Below, piece after piece: positions 41,976 to 52,955 of a DNA stretch of 64,000 nucleotides; the stretch's first letter is position 1; every line of letters begins with the position of its first letter. Source of the stretch: Octopus sinensis (taxonomy: Eukaryota); the NCBI RefSeq assembly GCF_006345805.1, contig NC_043003.1, positions 54,498,001-54,562,000 of the forward strand, written 5' to 3'. The notes beneath the pieces were generated by a model, which ran no database searches, was not told where the DNA came from, and was given only the letters and a program-made list of their open reading frames with translations. The translations under genes were made by a program, and so were the position numbers.

Positions 41976-42884
41976 TATACCTGGTCTGTCTTCATAAAAA
42001 TATGGTGATATATCCTATATTATACACAAATATTGTTTTCTCTTTCTTTAACCAGCGGTCAGCCGAAATTGAGCATACATATCAAGGAAAATATTACGTT
42101 CATTGGATAGCGTATTTCCCTTTAATAATGTTGATCTATATTATCCAGCGAGTCTTTCTTCTGCAACAAAATAAGGCGGGATTTTAGAGTCATGATGTTA
42201 CTACTTCAAACGTGTAGAAGCAAACTGATTGTCTCACTTCTTTGGCTACTATGTAGTAGTTATTTCAAAATATGCCAGAATTAGTAAACATTTTCGGCAA
42301 TGAAATTGGCGACTGTACAATGTAGTATGCTTATTAGTTTATCTATTAGTAGGTTACCTCTCTTAAGAGAAATAGGTAACGCTTGAAAGCTGCCACCGCA
42401 TTGTCTTTTGATCTCTCGAAATATTTGAGAATTACGGAGATGTACTTGCATAGCAAGTGATTTGATCTGAGATCGTGTGCTGGAACGAAAACAATTGCAG
42501 CGTGGAAGGTGTTTGTAAGCCATTTAAGAAACACACAAAGCCGTTCGATTCACTTCAACATTTAAGTTTAATTTGTCAAAATATTTTCGTCGCTATAAGC
42601 CCGCGACCTGTAACCGTAATGTTTTACATGAATATTGCATGTGTTTTAAGAAAGCCTCATTCTATTTATGTTTAATGGATTTTGTTTGTAGTAGTAGTAG
42701 TAGTAGTAGTAGTAGCTGTTGTTGAACTTATTGTGAATGTTGTTTAACCCTAGGCTAGTCATATTCAGAACAGCTATGAAAAATACCACATTCCAATGTG
42801 CAACATCTTGTCCTTTTCAGGTTGTAGGAAGAGCATAATTAGATGTAATTTTTTTCACGATGTCAGCACGTTATTAGAAAAATA

Positions 42885-43025
42885 TTAGGTTGTCCCAAAA
42901 GTTCGTAAACACTTGCGAAAATTGAATTTTTACTCGCCAAGTACTAACAAAAACAACAAAAATTATTCCTCAAAATAAAGACCATTATTTTCCAAGACTT
43001 TCTACGAACTTTTGGGACAACCTTA
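42885..43025. mobile_element. Mariner-type mini-MITE, 141 bp
   Basis: TIRs TTAGGTTGTCCCAAAAGTTCGTA / TACGAACTTTTGGGACAACCTTA, TA on both sides. Confidence 0.85.
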
Positions 43026-43184
43026 TATTTGGTTATTACATATAACAATCCATAGGACTAAGCTTACCTGGCGTAATCTTACAGCTAGACTTATCTTAAT
43101 AATTTAGTCCATACCAGCTGTAGGACAGGGATTTTGTAGAAATGTCAAAATCATGTAAAGAGCCATTTCATTTATATTCTTTTC

Positions 43185-43392
43185 TACTCTAGGCACCAGC
43201 CCCGAAAGATTTGAGGAGAGGTCAGTCGATTAGATCGATCGCAGTACGCAAATGGTACTTAATTTATCGACCCCGAAAGGATGAAAGGTAAAGTCGACCA
43301 CGTCGGAATTTGAACTCAGAACGTAAAAACAAACAAAATACCGTTAAGCATTTCGCCCAGCGTACTAACGCTTCTTCTAGCTCGCCGCCTTT
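43185..43392 (-). mobile_element. SINE family B
   Basis: Head at 43330-43392 and body match. Confidence 0.85.
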
Positions 43393-44140
43393 GTCATTTC
43401 ATTTATATTACACCAATAAGGTGATAAAGTGCCTGCTCTTCAAAAAAATTTTAATAAAATAAAATAAAGGTGTAAGCATGTCCATGAATATTTCAGTGTA
43501 CGACTGAATACCAGGATGGATGTGTTTGAACTGTTGTGTCATATCTGGGGACATTGCTTACGTCAGATCCCCAGTTTCCATTCGTTGTGAGTATACATGC
43601 TCATTGGTCCCTAAGACAAACAAGTTATTTGACTGAGATAATTAATAATTATGTGATGATCAGAGTTATAATTGAAATCTTACGTTGATAGCCACAAGCG
43701 CTATTTAAGTCTGAGTGTTTTTTGTTGTATTTTTGGTAACGTCTTGTATTTGTGTATTTGTATATTAATTTATTTTCCCTCGCTTTTTTTTCCTTTTGCA
43801 AACAGCAAATGCATAATTATTTATAGAAAAATGCGTTAATGAATAAAGAAATCACAAAAGTGAAAACGTAAAATTCCATCAAATCTAAGTGGATAGTGAC
43901 GAAGAGAGGAAAACAGAGGAGGGGAAGTTTTATTCAATGCGCCCAATAAAAAAGTGTTGATGCTTCGAAGCACGTAAAGTAGCAAATTTGCAAAGACGTT
44001 AGTCAGTCAGATTGAATATATTGCGACATTTCTGCTGGCCTTCTATTCTCTGAGTTCAAATCTCACCGAGCTCAGCTTTGTGCTACATCATTCTAAACAT
44101 GTATTCAGCAAGCGCTTGAATCAATTTATCTCGCTCTTTC

Positions 44141-44173
<33 letters not shown>

Positions 44174-44394
44174 TCATCTCTCACAATGGACGGACGCTAG
44201 TCATATCGGCTCCACGTAAGTTGGCCACTTTTACATGTTTAAAACTCCTTGTTGTCAAATATTTTGTTTTAATCGTTGTGCAAGTTCATTCACTAAAAAA
44301 CCTGAGAATTATTCACGTAGAATTCCGCCCCTGTATGGGCGAAATTACAAAAAAACTTTCAAAACTTTCGTGGGTTTTTTAGCCATTTTTCATT

Positions 44395-46430
44395 TTGAAA
44401 ATGGCAACTAGAAACCACGTGGCTAGCCCGCCAGTCATGCAGAACGGTAGCAAAACACTATTGCTACCACTAGCTGCTAAACATCGCAGCGTGAACACCG
44501 CTGTCACCACCATCACCACCAACAACAACAACAACAACAAATCTAACGTCGCATTCACCATCGCCGCGACCAAAGACATTAACTTAGATTTCCCCTCACT
44601 CCCCACACCACTTGTTGATGATAAGGGACAGAGAAGGGATTTCAAAAATGAATACAAACGAAAACATGAATGCCAGCACCACCACCATCACCACCACAAC
44701 AACAACAACGAAATTGGCACAAAGCCGCCTACCAAAGACAACACCGCCAACACCAACACCACTACTACGACGTCAAATGCTACATCCAAGCCTTCTGCTG
44801 CTAATACCGCCAACACCAACACCACTACCACGACTTCAATTAACACTGCCACAATTAACACTTCTACTGCCAATTCAAAACGAATTTTGCGGACGTAACA
44901 AAACAAAAAAGAACAATTGTAACATTCACCACACAAGAGATAAACCGCACAAAGGCACTCTTCTCCAAAGAAGGAGACAAATTGCACCTTCATATTCCAC
45001 AACACATCGTGGAAAACACACAAAAAAAAAACAATAATTTATAAAGTAATAAACAAAAAAACAAGAAGAACAGAAAATGCACCGCAGGAAAAAATCGATA
45101 AATGCCTTCGTCCTGCATGGGACTCCAAGGAATATATCAGTTGGGGAAACAAATTTGGTACAGTCCAAGTACGTTTCCTCAACGAAAGTTTAGCAAAACG
45201 TTTTTCCACATTGGAGCTGCATTCGGACGACTGGGTAATGATACTAGTCTATTTAAACAAAAGGGTCACGAAATCCAAATAAAAAACATACCATTTGATG
45301 TCGAAACACAATGTTGGTCTCTGCCATCTGCTTTGAAATGTCAGAGACAATGTCAGAGACAAACATCCTGGAAATCGCGGTTCTAGGAGAGAAAGACTAT
45401 GTGGGCAAATCAATCGAATTCCTGCTTCAATTGGATGAAGCAGCAAGAGAGAAGATACCCACCGCTATAGAACTGCCAGGAGGCTACAAACTCTATATAG
45501 TGGTAGAGGGCAGGCGACCACGCTGCTATTTGTGTGGAAGCGAAACACACTTGAAAAAGACGTGCCCAACCACTGCACACCAAGAGCAACAACAACAACC
45601 ACTACACACAACCAAAGCACTCCGGAAAAAAAGCTCTACTACCCACACCACCATCAACACAGAAGACGACAAGAAAGCACACCAAGCTAATCCGTCATCA
45701 ACCAAAAACCACTCGACACCTGAAAAAATACCAACACCACCATCAACAGCAAAACCCAAAGGAACAGAAAAACAAAGAAAACACACACAAACTGATCCCC
45801 CATCCCTTATACCGCACTCAACACACACAAACACTCAACAACCAACAACAACGAAAACAACAACACAACCACTTACACAGACATACATAGAAGCCCACAA
45901 CATACCCCTACCCCCTTCTGATTCCTCAGAAATTTCGTCGGAAGACGAAACCAGTGAGGAATGGCAAATAGCTACAAAAAGAAGGAAAATAAAGAGCAGA
46001 AACACAACAAACCAAATGCAAACACGAACAAAGCAGGGGGAAAAACATCTCCCGAAGACATTTCAAAACCGAACGCAAACAACAGCCACACACCACCACA
46101 AAAACATATACAGCAAACATGCTCACAGCCATAGACACCAAAAACACAAATTTGATGGAATACATCCAATCAAAAACAAACATAACAGAAGATGACATAA
46201 AAACAAACAATCACCCATACACAACACCACCAGACCACATCAAAATATTACACATCTCAAAAGTCTGCCCCAACACCCTCAAAGGCATTTTCCCCAGTGC
46301 GGTTGGTAAATGCCAAAAATATCTCACAAAGAAACTGTACTGGGATCTTCTCGAGGACAACAACGGAGGAGAAAGCAAAAACTTTCGAGCAGTAAGTAAC
46401 CCTCTGTATTCTAATTCATTAGAACTATGA
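44395..46430 (+). pseudogene. Tx1 ORF1 (gag-like, CCHC zinc knuckle), frameshifted
   Basis: T/N-rich N-terminus, RRPRCYLCGSETHLKKTC (C-x2-C-x4-H-x4-C), low-complexity C-terminus. Confidence 0.8.
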
Positions 46431-49400
46431 TCAAGATTGGTTGTGTAAATGCGCGTGGCTTGGGGTCCCCTTGGAAACAGGGTACCTCTTAAATGACATA
46501 AAGTCACATAAGTTAGAAATCATAGCCATAAGCGAGACCACTGACTCCACAATCCGCGGGCCTAAAGACCATGTTTGGCGGACAGTTCAACATTTATTTT
46601 CCCCCTGTCTGCCGAGAATGGGCGGTAGTGGCACCGCGGTACTTTTTCACAAGAGTCTGGATCTCAATGTAAGGACAATATTCGTAGACCCGGAGGGTAG
46701 ACTGGTCGTCCTGGATGTCGACGGCAGCAATGGGTGCGCTTTTCGACTCGTATCAGTTTACGCACCGCTCTTAACAGGTCGGGCGGATTTCTTTCAACGT
46801 CTAGAAGTCTTCTTGGAACGTCTCGTCCTTACTCTTAGTGGGGGATTGGAATGCTACCTTGGACACGCATGTAGACTACGTGGGTAGAGATAGGAATAGA
46901 CGGGGATGCAAATGCCTCAGAGACCTGCTCAGACGCTTTCAACTGTCTGACAGGTTCCGACTAGACCACCCGAATGCGCCAACGTGGACATGGAGCAACC
47001 AAAGTGGGTCGTCGAGATCGTATCTAGATAGGATACTGTGTAGGACAGTAGACAAGGATAACTTAGGATGTCCACAATTCCACACAGTCAGCTACACGGA
47101 TCACAAATTGGTGACGTGTACGCTAGACTTAGATAAGGCACATAGACAGGGTCCTGGGTACTGGAAACTGAACGCCTCATTCCCGTCCAGACAAGTTTCA
47201 GAGACCGGATTAGCACACTAGTAAAGAGGCTTTGACGGGAGCCCTCATCAACAACAAATGGTGGTTTGCCCTCAAGAGAGCAGTAAAAGCATAAGCGATT
47301 AGGTACAGCAAAGCACTAGCCATAGATAGAAATAGAGTAGAGGGTGAGCTAGTTAGAAGCTAGAAGAGGCAATTAGAAGCGGCATCGCATCCGACGTTTT
47401 GGCGGCGAGGTTGGCCCTCGACCAACACTTCAACGCCAAACACGAGGATGTGCTGTCAGAGCTAGGATGCGTGCTCTAAGGAACGAAGGTGTTGGAGCCG
47501 CGAGAGAGGCCCGGGTGGCAGAGGCGCAACAGGGCAACAAAGCCACCATTCGGTCCCTGGTAGATGAACAGGGGCGCGAATTGCTCGAGCCAAGTAAATG
47601 TGTGAGGCCTTTCAGCAGCATTTTGCCCGACTGTTCGGGACGAGTGGAGGGCAAGAACGTAGGGTGGACTTCAGTGCCTACCTACATAGCCTGCCACGAC
47701 TCTCGACAAGAAAGGCAGGGTGCTGCGAAGGTGCCATCACGGCGGCGGAAGTGCAGGAAGCGATTAGCAGAATGCTCGAGGGACAAATCACCGGGTTTGG
47801 ATGGTCTACCCTACGAGTTTTACAATTGTATGCCAGACTTGTTTGGAGACGTCTTGGCAGCAGTATACTGCAACTGCAGCAAAACGGGAGCATACCCGGT
47901 TTTGGTGAGTCGAGGAGCTGTAACCTGCTGAAGAAAGATCCAAACAAGGGAAACTTATAGATAACTTTAGACCAATCACGCTGCTCAATGCAGACCTGAA
48001 AATTTTGACAAAGGTGTTAGCCAAGAGGTTGGCGCTTGTCATCGAGAAACTGGTCGACAAGGCGCACAAACGTGCGCCGTGCCGGGCCGGAGCATCCATG
48101 ACAACCTCCATCTGATGCGCTACATCATAGACAGGGTAGTTAACGAACCTGGCATGGGTGGGGCCCTGATCAACTTGGATCAATCGAAAGCCTTTGATAG
48201 GGTAGACCATCGATACTTGGAGGCAGTCCTGAGAGCGGCTGGTTTCGGTCCCGTCTTCCGCGGCTGGATAGCTGCCTTGTACAGAGGCATCCGTTCGGTA
48301 ATTCGCGTAAATGACATCTATCGAGACCTTTCGACATTGCACGTTCGGTCCGTCAGGGATGCCCCCTCTCGGCGCTTCTATACGTATTGACTCTTGAGCC
48401 ACTACTGGCGGAAGCTGGCGACTCTAAGGGGCATCCCGCGAGAATTGGGATGCGGGACGAGCGTGTCTGCATACGCGGACGACGTCACCGTCATAGTGTC
48501 TAGCCACGAGAACATCGAGCTGGTCGGCGAGACACTGAAAAACTACGAAGCGGTGACAGGAGCGAAAATCAACCGGGAAAAGTCAGTGGGCTTGCGACTA
48601 GGCACCTGAGAAGCAAGCCCATGCCGTCCACCAGCGCCTCCGTCGTGGACGACCTGGACCGACGGCCCGGTTGAGTTGCTCGGGGTCTGGTTTGGTCCGG
48701 ACCTCCAAGTGGAGAAGAACTGGAACGAGATAACGAGTAGGGTTGTCACTCTCGCCCGGCAATGGGCCGAGGAAACTGTCCCTAAAAGGTCGAGCGGAGG
48801 TGGCGAACACGTACATCGCGTCATCTACTCACCTACTACCGCCTGACCGTCGTACCTTGTCCCGACCCTACCATCACCAAACTACAACGCATCCTCTTTC
48901 GCTTCTTGTGGAAAGGATGCGTCCCGATGGTCAGGCGATCCATTTGCTGTCAACACCCGTTAAAAGAAGGGCTGGGCATGCCGTGGTTGATGATGCGCAG
49001 ACACGCGCTGAGACCGACATCTCTGGCTCTATGTAGACGACGGTGAACAGGTGTGGTCGCCGTTTGTGAGGCACGCTTTCCCGCAGCTCGTCTCCATGAC
49101 CGAACTGCAGTCGTGGATCAAAAAGAGGCCGAGGAAGGGCGAATGGCACCGCGAGTGTCGCGTTGCTCTCAAGCAACTCTGCCGTCCTGGGTCGACCTTA
49201 AGTGACTTCAACACAACCAAAGCATTCTATAGGGGTTTAGTGGAGGGGAGGTACGACGACGAGCTCGGGGCGAACCTGGACGTCGACGAGGAGTACCTGA
49301 CCCGCCTGTTTGGGACGACTTTCGGGCCAGGGCCCATGGACAACTTCCAGAGATCCCTGGCCTGGCAGTGCTACCGAGAAGCGCTACCCGTTCGGGATAA

Positions 49401-49857
49401 GCTCTACAGACACGGCTCGAGAAACACGGGGCCGACCTGCCCGAGATGCGTCAGAGCGACGAAACCGTTCTGCACGCACTCGTTCAGTGTCCAACAATTT
49501 CCGACCTGTGGGCTTATGTCGAACAACTGCTGTCACGTGTGGGACGAGTCGGTTTATCAGCTGAGTCTATCGTCAATATTGTCACGCCTCCTTCCTTCAA
49601 ACGGGAAGGAAGAGCTATTTTCATCATCCTTGTGGCTATGGCGAAAGAATGTATCTGGTGGACGAGTCTGAAAGGATTGGAGACAAACACTTTCCTCTCT
49701 GGTCAATCTCTCATCAACTTCTTCAAGTAGCACTTGAAAAGGAAAGTGAGAGTAGAGAGGCAAGTTTTGTCTAGCGAATGTTTTAAAAAAAGATGGGTGA
49801 ATGTAGCAAGAATGGCACGTATGAATGACGAAGCCACCTTGAGCATAGTCCTATGAA
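46427..49857 (+). pseudogene. Tx1 ORF2 (APE endonuclease + RT), many frameshifts
   Basis: MIKIGCVNARGL, AISET, VSVYAP, GDWN, SYLDR, TDH, GPGYWKLN, SPGLDGLPYEFY, RPITLLNADLKIL, LDQSKAFDRVDH, AYADDVT, CPRC..ETVLHALVQC. Confidence 0.92.
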
Positions 49858-50241
49858 CCCAGAAATCGAAAACAGAGAGTTGCTTATTTGCAAAAAAAAA
49901 AAAAAAAAAAAGAAATATAAAATGTGACTTCATTGACCGAGGTTACCGTGGTCTTTTCCGTAGGCTTTTCTTTCCACGGGTAAACCTCACCTGTCCTCCC
50001 CTTTACACTTCATATTGACATTTCTGTGATAACGATCCCTATTGATCAATTTTTTTTCCTCTCCCCCCCCCTTTTTTTTTTTAACCCCCCCTTTTTTTGT
50101 CCTCTTTCTCTCCTTTTACGATCCCTTTTGATCGAAACTCCCCTTCCTTTTTTTTTTTTTTTTTTTAAACCTTCAAAAGAAAAGCTCTACCTTGTAATTT
50201 GTTCTATCTGTGTGCAGCCCTGTGTGGCTAATAAAGAAACA

Positions 50242-50279
<38 letters not shown>

Positions 50280-50304
50280 CCTACCTACCTACCTACCTAC
50301 CTAC

Positions 50305-50336
<32 letters not shown>

Positions 50337-50544
50337 GATAAAATGTTGCAATGCACCCGATCTGCCCCTCTAACATCTTTGCCAATTCGCTACTTTATTT
50401 GTTTCGAAACACCACATTTTACTAGACCTCTTTAATAAGACCTCACTTTCTCCCTCTCCCTCTATATCACCATAGACTTAATTTTGATGGAATTTATACA
50501 TTATTTACATTTGACGGATAATTGCCCTCATTTTGTTTGTTGTT

Positions 50545-50590
50545 AACACAAAGTTTTGGCTGATATACCTTCCAGCCTTCATCAGGTGTT
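50545..50590 (-). ncRNA. Minimal type I hammerhead, mutated in this copy
   Basis: AACAC-CTGATGA-A-GGCTG(loop)CAGCC-aAAAC-tTT-GTGTT; inverted copy keeps CC-GAAAC-GTT-GTGTT, restoring both mutated core positions. Confidence 0.8.
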
Positions 50591-50639
50591 TTGCGGAAAT
50601 TTCGAACCTGAATTCTCATTTCTAAAGTATATTTCGCAA

Positions 50640-50679
<40 letters not shown>

Positions 50680-51237
50680 GCCTTTCCACAGCTTCTAACG
50701 CTGGAGATGTACTACAGTGTCAGCTGTTCACTACCAGTGAACTAAGGTAACACCTCTTATTTTTCGAGCACCTTCGGAGTATTCGAGCGGTTCCAAGCAG
50801 TGCTGTTTTCTGCAAGTGATCCACACTTATTGCAGCCCATATTTGTTCTACGTACTTCTCGAGAATTTTGCTTACTGTTCCCAGGTCTCCGACAATAGTT
50901 GGTACTACTGCTACCTTTTTCATCGACCACTGCTTAACTTCCCAAGCTAACCTTACATATCGCTCGAGTTTTCTTTCTTCCTTATCGCATACCTTGTTGT
51001 CAGCTGAGCATCTTATACCTATGGTCCAGCATAGTTTGTTTTCTTTCTCAATTAATACTATGTCCGGCTCCCTATTCTCAATCTCATAGTCGCACTGAAT
51101 CATAAAAATCCTATAGGACCTTTGCATTTCTATTTTTCGACAATGCCTTCAGGTTTGTTGTACAAATGTTTTGGTCTGTCAAGTCCATACTTGTCGCAAA
51201 GTGTGCAATGGACAAGCCTGGCTATATTTTCATAGAG
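50680..51237 (-). mobile_element. R4/Dong-clade non-LTR 3' fragment (restriction-like endonuclease) in (TAA)n
   Basis: IENREPDIVLIEKENKLCWTIGIRCSADNKVCDKEERKLERY...VVPTIVGDLG...LQKTALLGTARILRR; (ATT)n on both sides. Confidence 0.88.
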
Positions 51238-51553
51238 TATTATTATTATTAATATTATTATTATTATTCAGGTCAGTGCCTGGAATCGAACTCGGAATCG
51301 AACTTGAGGTTAGTAGCCCACTCTCTTAACCACTACGCCATATGCTGGCGGGTATATCAACCGAAACGTTGTGTTAACAACAAACAAGATGCGGACAAAT
51401 ATCCGTCAAATGTAAATAATGCACATAATTCCTGATCTCTTAAATGTAGAACGATGGAATTTGTTTTCCCTATTATAATTTCTTTATTCATTCCTAAAAA
51501 TAACACTCTGGATCGGTAACGTAACACAACATAATTGCCGCATGCGGCCATTT

Positions 51554-51585
<32 letters not shown>

Positions 51586-51590
51586 TATAT

Positions 51591-51656
<66 letters not shown>

Positions 51657-51838
51657 TAGTTGAATGAATTATCCTAGTATGGATAATTCGGTTAACCGAT
51701 ACCCGGGTAGCAAATTTACGTCAGAAAGCACGGTTGAAGCTACATGCCAAGGGCAGAAATCACTTGCTATCGTGTGGAAATTTGTGTGTTTTTTTACTAT
51801 AGATAAATGAAAGAATGGAGTCGAACGACGATTTAACA

Positions 51839-51943
51839 AAATTCCTTTATTCTCGACACATGTTTCGCAGACTGCATATTCTTAATTCCGAAGGAATAAA
51901 GGGTGCATTATGCCGTCTTCTCATCAGGAAAGACAAGGAACTT
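51839..51943 (-). ncRNA. Type I hammerhead ribozyme, minus copy (one stem II mismatch)
   Basis: Same as plus copy except GTCTGC for GTCTTC in stem II. Confidence 0.85.
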
Positions 51944-52015
51944 ATGTCAGCATCATGACGAACAAAAACTTTTAGATGACTGCCCACACGGAGTCCATAG
52001 TAATAATGCTGACGT

Positions 52016-52120
52016 AAGTTCCTTGTCTTTCCTGATGAGAAGACGGCATAATGCACCCTTTATTCCTTCGGAATTAAGAATATGCAGTCTTCGAAACATG
52101 TGTCGAGAATAAAGGAATTT
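52016..52120 (+). ncRNA. Type I hammerhead ribozyme with extended stems, core intact
   Basis: CTGATGA 52032-38, stem II GAAGAC/GTCTTC extended by GCATA/TATGC, GAAAC 52093-97, GTC 52102-04; stem I 4 bp + 3x3 internal loop + 9 bp; predicted cleavage after 52104. Confidence 0.9.
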
Positions 52121-52152
52121 TGTTAAATCGTCGTTCGACTCCATTCTTTCAT

Positions 52153-52864
<712 letters not shown>

Positions 52865-52955
52865 TACTTTGATACTTGATACTTTGATAGGTTTCGGCCA
52901 TTATTGGCCCAGGCCATGTCTAACTTAATAGCACCACCTGGTGAAGTCTTTCAAG

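Larger units (their letters stand above)
44171..50242 (+). mobile_element. Tx1-clade (L1 group) non-LTR retrotransposon, apparently full length
   Basis: ORF1 with CCHC knuckle, ORF2 APE-RT-Cys motif, structured 3' UTR, AATAAA at 50230; (TCTA)n on both flanks. Confidence 0.9.
50480..51455 (-). mobile_element. Candidate tRNA-headed hammerhead-bearing non-autonomous element with inverted partial copy at its 5' end, interrupted by an R4/Dong fragment
   Basis: Minus: tRNA-like head 51345-51269, (AAT)n, [insert], (AAT)n, hammerhead 50590-50545, tail to 50480; plus-strand copy of the hammerhead 3' half and tail at 51344-51455. Confidence 0.7.
51801..52158. repeat. Inverted repeat, about 153-bp arms and 50-nt spacer, each arm a hammerhead-bearing pLTR-like unit
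   Basis: 51801-51953 is the reverse complement of 52006-52158 with about 2 mismatches. Confidence 0.95.

Noticed and set aside
47806-48402. 198-aa minus-strand ORF
   Set aside because: Antisense shadow of the GC-rich Tx1 RT region.
51269-51345. Possible functional tRNA gene (also other SINE heads)
   Set aside because: A and B boxes are present, but there is no complete acceptor stem or terminator and the B box is duplicated; treated as a SINE head.
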